From contig QZJZ01000071.1 of assembly GCA_003599815.1 (NCBI GenBank), forward strand, positions 1,897 through 65,896: DNA of 64,000 nt. Reading direction: 5' to 3'. Of the stretch, positions 28,328 to 38,074 are shown one piece after another; positions within the stretch are counted from its first letter, which is position 1, and each line of letters starts with the position of its first letter. Both the position numbers and the translations under genes were made by a program. Under the pieces are notes generated by a model. That model worked only from the letters and a program-made list of their open reading frames with translations, was not told where the DNA came from and made no database searches. Source of the DNA: Candidatus Auribacter fodinae. GTDB taxonomy: Bacteria; Auribacterota; Auribacteria; Auribacterales; Auribacteraceae.

Positions 28328-29398
28328 TTATTGAATGATTCCCGCTTTGTTTTTTTCTTCGGCTGTGATCGGCTGAAGCAGAAAATCAGCGAACCGGTTT
28401 TCCTTACGCTGGGCGTACGCTTTTTTGTGGTATGCATAACCCGCCAGCAGTGGGAACATAACGGTCGCTTCGCCGTACACCATCTGTTCAAGGGCGGAAT
28501 CGACTTTGCCCCATGAGTTCGCTTCTTTCAGGGTTGATCCTGAGAGCGCGCCGTCGCGTTCGTCCGCTACGGTGATCTGAATGGCGTATTTATGCATGCT
28601 GACATCGTATCCGAGCACTTCAGCGGATACCACGATATCCTGCGCGAAATTTTTCGGTACGCCGCCGCCGATCATGAGAAGCCCTGTATCGCCGGCTTTC
28701 AGCTTGATGCGGGTCAGGTCAAGGAAATCCTTGGCGCTGTCTAGGCTTAACGCCTTACGGTTTTCAAGCGCCGCGTGCCACTGGTGATGAACCAGCCCGA
28801 ATCCCGCGCTTGAGTCGCTGAACGCCGGGCAGAAAATCGGTACGCCTTTGCGGTAGCATGACAGCACGATGGAATCGTTATCACTATGATTTTTATTAAG
28901 ATACGCGCCCATCTCATGGATAAATTCCCATGACGCGTAGGGGCGTGTTTCCAGCGAGTTGGCTATTTGTCCGACAGTATCGTCGCAAACCCGAAGGTCG
29001 TCCTCGTCGATATAGGTGTCGTAAATACGGTCGATATGGAGTTCGCGCAGTTCGTTGTCATCAACGAACTGTGATCCGATATAATGGCGGAACCCAAGCC
29101 CTTCAAAGAAATCCTGATCAACGATATTCGCGCCGGTAGACACGATCGCGTCAACCATGTTTTTTTCAACTAGTTCAATGATAACCTGTTTCAAGCCCGC
29201 GCTGATCAGCGACCCGGCAAGGCAGAGAATAACGGAACATCCATTGTCGCGTAACATCTGTTCGTAGATGCCTGCCGCTCTGCTGAGGTTACGTGCCTGA
29301 AACGCCATTTTGCTCATCCCGTCAATCATCGCCACCGGATTAAACTTTTCCAGCGAGAGATGTTCTATAGTTCGGGCGAGATACTGTTCTTTTTTCAT
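28328..29398 (-). CDS. Deoxyhypusine synthase-like protein (probable polyamine/homospermidine-type synthase)
   Basis: STGAN, IDRIYDT, PAFSDS, GGGVPKNF, DGALSG, EA.SWGK active-site Lys. Confidence 0.88.
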   Translation of the reverse strand: MKKEQYLARTIEHLSLEKFNPVAMIDGMSKMAFQARNLSRAAGIYEQMLRDNGCSVILCLAGSLISAGLKQVIIELVEKNMVDAIVSTGANIVDQDFFEGLGFRHYIGSQFVDDNELRELHIDRIYDTYIDEDDLRVCDDTVGQIANSLETRPYASWEFIHEMGAYLNKNHSDNDSIVLSCYRKGVPIFCPAFSDSSAGFGLVHHQWHAALENRKALSLDSAKDFLDLTRIKLKAGDTGLLMIGGGVPKNFAQDIVVSAEVLGYDVSMHKYAIQITVADERDGALSGSTLKEANSWGKVDSALEQMVYGEATVMFPLLAGYAYHKKAYAQRKENRFADFLLQPITAEEKNKAGIIQ

Positions 29399-29591
29399 GG
29401 TATAAAGCTCCTTAATGCATGTTTACGTTTTTTTTAACAGTTTTTTATACGATATTATCGCGATTTTATCAATCCTTTCTTGACTATTGGCGCATAATAG
29501 TCGTTATCCGGAGGTAAAAAATCGTAACCTTATTACCTTAAAATATGATACATTCAGGCATCACTGCGTTTAATAGCGCCGGAAGGGATCA

Positions 29592-30518
29592 ATGAAAAGT
29601 TTAATTGTGGACAAGAAAACCGGTGCGGGCGTGTTCAGCGCTCCGTATGCTGACGACCTGTCGGAACAGTTGCGTTATCCCGAACATGTCGCGTGGATCG
29701 ACTTTTTCCGCCCTGATTACGGCTGGCTGAAAAAAGAGTTCGGCGTACCCTCCTGCCTGCTGGATCTGTGTAAGCTCAGGACAGGCGTGCCCTGCATAGT
29801 TGCTGACGGGAAGTATACATTGTTTAAGACAATGGTAATCAATTCGTTAGAAGAGACATCCTGCCGATCTGAAATAACGTTTATTTTTTCGCGCAAGGTG
29901 CTGTTGACCCTGCATGAAGCGCCGGTCAAGGCGTTCAGCGGGCTTGAAGCCGAGTCTGACAAAGTGTCATCCATCCTGCGTGAAAGCCCAGCCAGCCTGT
30001 TTTTCTATTTGTTATCGTTAATTATGGAAGACTATCTCCGTTGCGCAGAACGCTGGAGAGCTCTGCTTGATGTGTCTGACGCTGAGGAAAGAACCACTGT
30101 ATCGTGGTCATCGGCGCATCGGTCTGTATCCGAGTTATACGCTTCAGGCTCTGAATTAAAACGGATACTGAAGCGGATGGGCAGTGATTCATCGCTGATG
30201 AAACGCAGTCGTTCCAGATCGGCGTATGAGCGGTGCGTGTATATGGCGTCCTCACTGCTTGTTGTTCTGTACGGAGTCCGCCAGTCGCTGGCATACGAAA
30301 CCGCTGTGGCGCGGGATACAAATATCAGGCGGGTTATGGGCGAGGTATTGCGTATGCGAGTGGCGCTCTGCGTGACAGCTGTTTTTCTGTGTGCCGGAGT
30401 GTCGATAGCGGCATTCAGCTGGTTTCCAATCTTACCCGCAGTGATGTTTACGTCAGGCAGTGCGGCGGCGTTAATAATTTCCGTGTATTTCCTGCATAAA
30501 AAAAGGGGCACACCCTGA
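29592..30518 (+). CDS. Divergent CorA-like protein
   Basis: WID motif, CorA-like funnel domain and two C-terminal TMs; GMN signature absent. Confidence 0.55.
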   Translation: MKSLIVDKKTGAGVFSAPYADDLSEQLRYPEHVAWIDFFRPDYGWLKKEFGVPSCLLDLCKLRTGVPCIVADGKYTLFKTMVINSLEETSCRSEITFIFSRKVLLTLHEAPVKAFSGLEAESDKVSSILRESPASLFFYLLSLIMEDYLRCAERWRALLDVSDAEERTTVSWSSAHRSVSELYASGSELKRILKRMGSDSSLMKRSRSRSAYERCVYMASSLLVVLYGVRQSLAYETAVARDTNIRRVMGEVLRMRVALCVTAVFLCAGVSIAAFSWFPILPAVMFTSGSAAALIISVYFLHKKRGTP

Positions 30519-30532
30519 ACGGGTGTACCCCT
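30498..30532 (-). terminator. Hairpin terminator between convergent genes
   Basis: AGGGGCACACCC-TGAAC-GGGTGTACCCCT with U-run on minus strand. Confidence 0.7.
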
Positions 30533-30555
30533 GTACTGTAATTTACCGCACTATC

Positions 30556-32199
30556 TTAATATCGTTTAGGAACAGAAACGCCTCCTGAGGGCGGCGTAGC
30601 CGGCTTGGCTGGCGCCGACACGCCTGCCGGGCTTGTTCCCGCTGTCGGAGTATTGACTGTATCCACGCCGGGCACTGTTACCGGTACGGCCGGAGCAGTA
30701 ACGGGCTGCTGCAGATCCTGTGCGGAAGGCATTGCTTTATACTGAAGCGTTTTCTGCAGTTCCTGATTGAGCAGGTTCTGATCCCTGTACTGTTTCAGGT
30801 TTTGCTGTTCGCGCATCATATCGGAAAACTTGATTGGGTCAAACACTTCGGTTTCGCTCTTCATCATGTCGAAATCAGGATCGGTTTTGTCTATGACGCG
30901 GACAGTTCCGTCAGCTTCATGAATAGTGATTTTGACCAGCTCGTTCTGCGCGTCGTATTCGTAATCGTACGATAATTTCTGTCCGGTCTTTTTCAGGGAG
31001 ATAAGATTTTTGTTTTCGTCGAGATCCCTGATGACTTCCGATTCAGTATCCTTATTTTCAATAATGCGCGTAAGCGTGCCGTTTTCGTCGTACTCGTAAT
31101 TAAATGTTTTTGCTGTGGCTTTGCCGCTTACGACGAGGTTGCTCAACTGCACATTATTGAGCGAATTGTAGTCACCGGAATCAACAACCTGCTCCTGCGC
31201 GTCTATTACAGAGTAGGCGACCGGGGTTTCGCCTTCAAAGGTATACTTGTACATCAGCGATTCGCCGGCATCGTCCGTGATACTTACCAGCAGGTTGCGG
31301 TCATTATATTCCCGCGTTTCGATAAGAATTCCTGCTTCATCGGTGACGGTGACCAGTGTTGAACCGTCGGGCAAAGTTTCATAGGAATAATTTTCTACGG
31401 TTTCGTTGACGGTCATGGATGTAACTTTTCCGTCCTGCCCTACGATACTGGTAGATTTTTCACCGTCTTTCGAGATAGTTACCACTTTTGTGGTGTTGCC
31501 CTCTTCATCAAAAACCATGAATTTTCTGCTTCCATCAGGGAGAAAAGCCTGTCCGATTGCTTCGGGACGTTCGGATATGAGTTCTTCGGGCATTTCACTG
31601 ATCTGCTGTTCGGTCATTAAACGTTCCCGTTTCGCTTTCATGGCGGCGCGGGTCGCCTCCGGCAATACGTCAGGCCGTTGAGCTCCAGTCAGCTCGCGGG
31701 CTGATAACGGTTTTATGGTTTTCGGTATGGACGCGCCAACCTGCCCCGCCAGTTGATTCGCGCTGGGAATATTTACGGGAACAGCAGGTTGTGACGGAAT
31801 AGACTGCGCGAGAGTCGTTGTTCCCATCCCTGAGGGTTCCGTGCCCTCTCCGGCTGTTGCCGGAGCCGGAGATAATTGAGCGGGTTCTTCCGGCATTTTC
31901 GCCGGAGGCAGTTCCGGTTCCTTGCGTTCTACCGGTTTTTTTTCAGTGAGAGTTGTTTTTATCGCCTCTTCCGTCGATTCGGCAACAGGCTTTTTCGTAA
32001 CGGATTCCTCTACCACGGATGATACAGGCGCTGTTATGGATTCGGTTTCTTCCTGCCCGTCTTTATCTTTGGATTTAAGAAACATAATCCCTCCCGCCGC
32101 CAGCGCGACAAGCACAACGGCAATGGTGATTGACGGAAACGCTGACTTCTTTGCTTCAGGAGCAGGTTTCGCTGAAGTGTTCTTTTTTTCGGCCGACAT
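30556..32199 (-). CDS. Membrane-anchored protein with Pro-rich linkers and YD/RHS-like repeats
   Basis: N-terminal TM; YSYE, EYNDRNLLVSITD, YEYDENGTLT, YEYDAQNELV; GGAGG RBS. Confidence 0.65.
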   Translation of the reverse strand: MSAEKKNTSAKPAPEAKKSAFPSITIAVVLVALAAGGIMFLKSKDKDGQEETESITAPVSSVVEESVTKKPVAESTEEAIKTTLTEKKPVERKEPELPPAKMPEEPAQLSPAPATAGEGTEPSGMGTTTLAQSIPSQPAVPVNIPSANQLAGQVGASIPKTIKPLSARELTGAQRPDVLPEATRAAMKAKRERLMTEQQISEMPEELISERPEAIGQAFLPDGSRKFMVFDEEGNTTKVVTISKDGEKSTSIVGQDGKVTSMTVNETVENYSYETLPDGSTLVTVTDEAGILIETREYNDRNLLVSITDDAGESLMYKYTFEGETPVAYSVIDAQEQVVDSGDYNSLNNVQLSNLVVSGKATAKTFNYEYDENGTLTRIIENKDTESEVIRDLDENKNLISLKKTGQKLSYDYEYDAQNELVKITIHEADGTVRVIDKTDPDFDMMKSETEVFDPIKFSDMMREQQNLKQYRDQNLLNQELQKTLQYKAMPSAQDLQQPVTAPAVPVTVPGVDTVNTPTAGTSPAGVSAPAKPATPPSGGVSVPKRY

Positions 32200-32272
32200 A
32201 CAACAACCTCCTTATACTGCTGTTTCCACTATATTGTGATTGAATTTCAGGTGTTTTCAGGGTGACAGGTTA

Positions 32273-32737
32273 TCAAGAAAGAGAATAACCATTATCGTAA
32301 TGGCGCATCATTGATTTAATAGTAAGATCATCCGACTCAGGTAAAGGATAATATTTTCCGACACTTTTAGCCAGTACTTTATTATTGCTGTCACGGATTT
32401 CGCCGTCAACAACGATAATTTTTTTAATTGTTTCAACAATAGTAGCGGTTACTGTAATTTCCTCGCCGTGCGGAACAGGGGCTTTATACCGCACGTTGAT
32501 GTCCGCGGCGTAATGAAACCGTCCCGTGCCGATGGTTGCGGCCCATGTCATCGCTTCGTCAAGGACAGTGGCGGTCAGCCCGCCGTGCATGATACCGGGG
32601 TAGCCCGCATGCCTTCCTGCCGGTGTGAACACGGCTTGCACTCCGTTTTCAACGGCGAAAAAAGGTATGTTCAGCCCGAACGAATTCTTTTCGCCACAGC
32701 AGAAACAGAAATCAAAAGACGGCAACCGTTGCTTCAT
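32273..32737 (-). CDS. PaaI family thioesterase
   Basis: CFCCG..N..GL, GYPGIMHGG...TVLDE. Confidence 0.9.
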   Translation of the reverse strand: MKQRLPSFDFCFCCGEKNSFGLNIPFFAVENGVQAVFTPAGRHAGYPGIMHGGLTATVLDEAMTWAATIGTGRFHYAADINVRYKAPVPHGEEITVTATIVETIKKIIVVDGEIRDSNNKVLAKSVGKYYPLPESDDLTIKSMMRHYDNGYSLS

Positions 32738-32764
32738 ACAAATTCCTTTCGGTACGGTGATTTT

Positions 32765-33337
32765 TTACTGTTTTCGAGAACGAATATGGTCTATTAATGA
32801 GATGAATTCCAGCACGGCTTGATGGTGTTCCAATGAGCCGCTTTTTAAAAGGGAACGCCGTGCTTTACGGTAACAGCCTCTAATGTAGTGTATGACGCCC
32901 TGCAGGACAAGGCAATAAAAATATGTGCGTACCGATCTGTGAGCGGCATCCTGAGTCTGTTTGGTAAAGCGCGATACCCGGTAGTACATCATAGACCGTT
33001 TAAGTGCTTTCACGGAAATATCATAATCGCGGTTGATGAAATAATACAGCGATTTGGAGAGGTAACATTCCTGATACTTTACGCTATGTTTTTTCAGGCG
33101 GTCGAGCAGGGTATTGCCTTCTTTGAGGTTATGAATAGTGATCTTGAAATTGTCTTCATAGGGGAATGAATCAAGCAATTCTATTATGCCGGCAGGCACA
33201 TCACGCCAGCTTAAATGTATCTCTTGCGAGGAGGAGAGTTCCTGATCCTGCCTTTGATTGAGCGGCGTTTTGACTGTATTCATCGGAGGAGCCTGTCCGT
33301 TGTTGCGGTTTGTACTGCGTTCATTTTTCTCAATCAT
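32765..33337 (-). CDS. Hypothetical protein (possible TPR-like helices)
   Basis: 190-aa ORF co-oriented with neighbours; no family recognised. Confidence 0.5.
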   Translation of the reverse strand: MIEKNERSTNRNNGQAPPMNTVKTPLNQRQDQELSSSQEIHLSWRDVPAGIIELLDSFPYEDNFKITIHNLKEGNTLLDRLKKHSVKYQECYLSKSLYYFINRDYDISVKALKRSMMYYRVSRFTKQTQDAAHRSVRTYFYCLVLQGVIHYIRGCYRKARRSLLKSGSLEHHQAVLEFISLIDHIRSRKQ

Positions 33338-33464
33338 AGGAAGTATGCCTGTTTCCTGTTCTTTTAACGTTATTTATAGCAATTTATAACATCTTTTTTC
33401 AATGAAAATGCAATTATGATAGAAAAATCAAAATTTTCCAAGCAAAAACAAATTGAGCCTGCGA

Positions 33465-35882
33465 TTAGCGATTTTGCTGTAAAAATCCGTACGCTTTTTT
33501 ACAGCTTGATTGAAGTTCTTCATCATCAGGGCTATACGCTAACGCTCTCCGAAAATGTTCGTACGCCGCCGGGTAGAGCTTCATTTGCATATAGAGCGCG
33601 GCGAGGTTATGGTGCGCTTTTGCTGAATCCGGGCTCATACCTGTAATGGTATAGGCGTAGAACACAGCCTCATGTATTTTCCCTTCGTTTAATTTTTTTG
33701 CCAGCCTGCGGTTCAGTTCATCAACCAGCTCATCACTTTGTTCCTGAGAAAGGGAATTTTTGTTTTCGGGTATTTTCAGGCTGTTCAGCTCGGTTATAAA
33801 TGCGGTGATGTTTTCAATATTTGTTTGTGCCGCTTTGTTGTTCGGGTGGCTATCCAGAGTTTTTTTGTACGCATCCAGTGCGCCGAGGTAATCTCCTTCA
33901 AGAAGGCAAAGAGTAGCGAGATTACTGTAGGTTTCGCCTGAATCAGGGGTAAGGTTTATTATTTTGTGCGCATATTCTTTTGCTTTAAGGATATCACCCG
34001 TTTTAAACAGGCGGTCCATGTTGTTTTTATATATTACCAGCATGTATTCGCTGTCGGTATAACTGCCTTTTTTAAGATGGTACCTGACAAGCTGATCCAG
34101 TTGCTGAGACAACATGGAAATATACTGGCGTGCTTTGTCGTTTTTTTTATCTATGGCAACCACTTTCCGGAATTCCGCAATGGCTTCACGCAGGTATCCT
34201 TCACGCTGGTAGACGAGCCCGAGGTTATAATGAGTGACATCATTGTCGTACGCGATTTCGCCTGCTTTGCGGTAAAAGGGGAGCGCATTGTCAAATGACT
34301 GCCTGTGGCGGGTAGCGGCTATCATGAAATAATAGTCGGCGGCGAGGCATCGGCACAGGTAATCAAAATAGACCGGTTCGGTCTCAAGGTTTGATAACGA
34401 CAGCGCATCCCAGTCTGTGTATTCAGGGATAATCATATCCGGTGTGGCGATCTGATACACCAGTCCGTGCGGCACGAACATAAGTTCTTTCAAACCGAAC
34501 TCCTGATAATGGGTGAAAAATGTCAGGTTCTTTTTAGGGTGAAATTCCAGCGGCAGAAGTTCGTTCATGCCCAGTTCAAAGAGCGACAGGTCTCTGCGCA
34601 TTTTCTTAACATGGTAAAAGTACGATATCGGAAACAGTATGTTATCGCCCTGAGCGACCAGCGTGGCGTTCTGGGGCAATGAGTTGAGTATTTTCGTATT
34701 GATCTCATGCGCTATGACCGTGCGGGAACGGTCGTTCTGATGGAAATTGACAATTACCAGCGCAAGAGGAAACAGTATCCCCGCATATCTGATAAAAGAG
34801 GCTTTTCTCAACCACCCTGCCATGCATTCCAACCCGAACGCAAGCAGGACAGTGACGCTTATGAACGCGGGTATTATGTAACGCGGCCAATAGTATATGT
34901 CAGGACGGCTGGCGTGCAGTATCATAAAATAAATATTCAGCGCATAGAGCAGGACAACAGCCAACCCGATACGTTTCGATTGTCTGAATACTGCGTACAC
35001 GCCGATCACAATGAACAGTGTCCCTATATACAAAAATTCTTTCGGGATGAGGCTCAGGTAATGGACAGCCACATCAACGGTATCTTCGATATTATGCACA
35101 TATTTTCTGTCCCAGTACTCGGAACGCAGGATGAACGACATGAGGTTCATATGTTTACCGGGGTTGCCCCAGTTTATAGCCGGGCTGGTCAATGCCCTGA
35201 GCGGGAGGAACAGATATAACGATAAGCCGGGCAGGGCGGCTAGAGCGTACCGCATAATTTTCTTCGGCTGGTAAATTGTTTTGAACGCACTGAACGAAAA
35301 GGTCAGAACCAGAAACAAGGGCAGAGTGATAATCGCTATGGTATGGTTCGCGAGCCCGAATCCGAGGAACACAAAATAGCGGGCGAGTGATTTTTCTTTA
35401 CCGGCGGTATACCAGTGAATCAGACATGCCAGAGTGCAGAGCATAAGGAATGAGTTGAGCGTATATACCCTCGCGACAACAGCCTGCGACCAGAACGGGT
35501 TGATGAACGCAAGCGTCAGCGCCATGCATGCACAGGTCAGGCGATGCAGGCGGAGGAGCTTCAGCACACTGTACAGAGCTACGGCGGAACATGATCCCCA
35601 CCATGCGGAAAAAAGGTTCATTTCAAAGGCTGAAGGGCCGCCGGGTATGATAATGGAAAACAGTTTACCGAGAATAACATACAGCGGGTACCCGGGTGGA
35701 TGCGCTATACCCAGAGACAATGCCGCGGCAGTCAGTTCACCGCTGTCGCCTACATAAATAACCGGGCAGAGTGTTTTGAGATAAACCGCGAAAGTAATCG
35801 TGAAAACGAAGAGTTCCGCACCAAATCTGCTGAAAAAAGCAGGTATTTTTCTGAACAATCCGGAAACCCGATGCCTGTCCAT
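33465..35882 (-). CDS. DUF2723 / TMEM260-like GT-C protein O-glycosyltransferase with C-terminal TPRs
   Basis: GDSGEL.......GIAHPPGYPLY, WSQA....VY, GDN..FP, TPRs. Confidence 0.88.
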   Translation of the reverse strand: MDRHRVSGLFRKIPAFFSRFGAELFVFTITFAVYLKTLCPVIYVGDSGELTAAALSLGIAHPPGYPLYVILGKLFSIIIPGGPSAFEMNLFSAWWGSCSAVALYSVLKLLRLHRLTCACMALTLAFINPFWSQAVVARVYTLNSFLMLCTLACLIHWYTAGKEKSLARYFVFLGFGLANHTIAIITLPLFLVLTFSFSAFKTIYQPKKIMRYALAALPGLSLYLFLPLRALTSPAINWGNPGKHMNLMSFILRSEYWDRKYVHNIEDTVDVAVHYLSLIPKEFLYIGTLFIVIGVYAVFRQSKRIGLAVVLLYALNIYFMILHASRPDIYYWPRYIIPAFISVTVLLAFGLECMAGWLRKASFIRYAGILFPLALVIVNFHQNDRSRTVIAHEINTKILNSLPQNATLVAQGDNILFPISYFYHVKKMRRDLSLFELGMNELLPLEFHPKKNLTFFTHYQEFGLKELMFVPHGLVYQIATPDMIIPEYTDWDALSLSNLETEPVYFDYLCRCLAADYYFMIAATRHRQSFDNALPFYRKAGEIAYDNDVTHYNLGLVYQREGYLREAIAEFRKVVAIDKKNDKARQYISMLSQQLDQLVRYHLKKGSYTDSEYMLVIYKNNMDRLFKTGDILKAKEYAHKIINLTPDSGETYSNLATLCLLEGDYLGALDAYKKTLDSHPNNKAAQTNIENITAFITELNSLKIPENKNSLSQEQSDELVDELNRRLAKKLNEGKIHEAVFYAYTITGMSPDSAKAHHNLAALYMQMKLYPAAYEHFRRALAYSPDDEELQSSCKKAYGFLQQNR

Positions 35883-35889
35883 AATCGCG

Positions 35890-36417
35890 TTATTGCAGAA
35901 TCACTTTGGTTATTATCATCTCAGTTTTAAGTACATCCGGCTGGCTGGTGCTGGCGGAAATCTGAAGGCGGGTAATTTTAAGTGCTGTCTCAGAGTTCTG
36001 CATATCGTAAATAAATTTTATCAGCGCCATGATATCCGCTTCAGCTTCCAGTTCTATTACATAATATTTATAGAATTCCTCATCCTTGATTTGTTGTGGT
36101 TTCATATCATTGATATGAAGTCGGTTGCTTCGTGCGGTGTTTTCGATATTCTTCAGGATCTGTGCGGTTTTTTCCTGATCGGACCCTTCGATTTTAAGGC
36201 GTCCTTCGTAGGCTTTATACTCCACCTCAATGCTTTTTGCCCTGCTCAGGATAAGTTCACTGCGCTGTAACTGTTTAGTTAGGTTGCTGATACGGTTGTC
36301 AAGCCCTGTCCAGTAATTCCACATCGGCTCAAGCGCATAAAAGTAAAGGCCGATGGCGGCAAGAAAAGAGATGGTTAGCGTAAGAAGTGTTTTTTCACGT
36401 TTGTTAAGCTGGCGCAT
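35890..36417 (-). CDS. T2SS GspM / PilO family protein
   Basis: LNKREK + TM + coiled coil + ferredoxin-like domain; operon position. Confidence 0.8.
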   Translation of the reverse strand: MRQLNKREKTLLTLTISFLAAIGLYFYALEPMWNYWTGLDNRISNLTKQLQRSELILSRAKSIEVEYKAYEGRLKIEGSDQEKTAQILKNIENTARSNRLHINDMKPQQIKDEEFYKYYVIELEAEADIMALIKFIYDMQNSETALKITRLQISASTSQPDVLKTEMIITKVILQ

Positions 36418-36426
36418 AATACTCCG

Positions 36427-37995
36427 TTATAACGAGTCTTCGGTTTTGATTAGTGAACATTGAATCTCAAAATCAACGATTTCTTTCGATCCGAGCTGTC
36501 GCCGTTTCACTCCGCGCGACGAGACTTTCTCAAAGTACGGTGAATTTTCCAGTTCCGGTATAAGTTCAAAAACGTCCGACATGGTGTGCGCGGTTCCTTT
36601 CAGCACAATATATTTTGATTCGTCATACAAAAAGGCGGTCAGGTATATTTTTTCCGGCACGACGCGGAACAATTCCCGTAAAAAGTCAAGACTGCTTCTG
36701 TCGCCGCCGACTTGTTCGTCGATCACATTTACTTTACTGCGTTTTAGTTCCAGATCTTTTACTTTCGGGGCGATCTGATTGATTTGTGTTTCCAGATACC
36801 CGATCATTTTGGTTTTACGCGCCATTTCAGCGTAAAAAGCGTATGTTCCGCTGAGCAGAAGTGCGGCAAGCAGTACGCCCGCAACCGCGAATTGAGCAGA
36901 CCGGAGCCGCTGTTTTCGTTTGTCTTTGATATCCTGCGGAATCATATCGATTTGTTTTTCACGTGCAGGAATAATCAGCCCGATAGGAGCCATAAGCGAT
37001 ATTTCTTTACCGTTTATGGTAAGTTTTTCTTTCAGGTTCGCCAAAGCCGGTATTTTGGTGATGATATTGAAAGTCTCCACAGGAACCTGAAACCTGCTTC
37101 GCACGTTGCGGTCTATGTTGTGGAAATTGCTGACGCCGCCGCTGAGCACGATTTTCTCGATATAATAATTTTCGTGTTCCCGTGAAAACACGGCGAATGA
37201 TCTGCGCAGTTCTTCTATCAGTTCAGACTGCCAGTTGATGTTTGCTGATTCCGCCTGAAATTTTTTCTCTTTCAGGACAAGATGGAGAATCCCCAGCGTG
37301 ATGCCCCTGCTGAATACAAGCTGTTTGCCGCAGATTATCTGAATGGTCGTGTTGGTGTAGTCAATATCGACCAGCGCCACAGCACTCTTTTTTCCGGTTG
37401 CTGTCTGAGGTTCGGATGCGGGAGCCTGTTCTTCCTCTTTTTTACTATCAAGATGAAAATACGCGCGTAATATTGCCTGGGAATTGACATCAACCCGTTC
37501 CGGGTAAACGCCCGCGTCTTCCAGTGTATCGATAGTCTGATAAATGACATTTTTATGGGCGATTACCATCATGGCGGTGGAGTAGCCTGCTTCATTCAGG
37601 TCTACGATCTCAAAGTCGACAGCCATATCCTCAGGGCTGTACGGTATTTGTTTAATCGCCTGAAAAGAAACCATTTCGCTCAATTCTGCCGGGTCGGTGG
37701 AAGGGAGTTCCATGAACCGGATGGTGCTCAAGCTTCTGGGAAAGCAGGTGGTGACGGTTTTCGCTTTAAATTTGTTGTTATGTAAAAATGCACGGAGAAT
37801 ACCGGGTATTTCCGCGTTGGAAAAGTAGTCCAACGCGGCTACTGCTATATTGCTGATAACGACAGCCCCGTCTTTCTTAAGGCACATTTCAACGGCTTTG
37901 GCACAGCCGGAATCGACCTCTATACTTGTCCGTGGTTTTAACGCGTACGAGGGATACCGTTTTTTCTTGTCTTTCTTGTTTTTTTTGTCTGCCAT
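36427..37995 (-). CDS. GspL-like PilM-PilN fusion
   Basis: Actin-like PilM domain (QIPY, LVDID, IVLSGG), TM, PilN-like C-terminus (LKGTA, LENSPYF). Confidence 0.82.
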   Translation of the reverse strand: MADKKNKKDKKKRYPSYALKPRTSIEVDSGCAKAVEMCLKKDGAVVISNIAVAALDYFSNAEIPGILRAFLHNNKFKAKTVTTCFPRSLSTIRFMELPSTDPAELSEMVSFQAIKQIPYSPEDMAVDFEIVDLNEAGYSTAMMVIAHKNVIYQTIDTLEDAGVYPERVDVNSQAILRAYFHLDSKKEEEQAPASEPQTATGKKSAVALVDIDYTNTTIQIICGKQLVFSRGITLGILHLVLKEKKFQAESANINWQSELIEELRRSFAVFSREHENYYIEKIVLSGGVSNFHNIDRNVRSRFQVPVETFNIITKIPALANLKEKLTINGKEISLMAPIGLIIPAREKQIDMIPQDIKDKRKQRLRSAQFAVAGVLLAALLLSGTYAFYAEMARKTKMIGYLETQINQIAPKVKDLELKRSKVNVIDEQVGGDRSSLDFLRELFRVVPEKIYLTAFLYDESKYIVLKGTAHTMSDVFELIPELENSPYFEKVSSRGVKRRQLGSKEIVDFEIQCSLIKTEDSL

Positions 37996-38074
37996 ATTTC
38001 GTCTCATCAACCACATGCGGTTGTTTTAAATAGTCTGTGTGCAGGAAGCGTAAGCAGTCTATCACACAACAGTA

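Noticed and set aside
30556-32199. RHS polymorphic toxin
   Set aside because: Too few repeats, no conserved core end, toxin domain or immunity gene.
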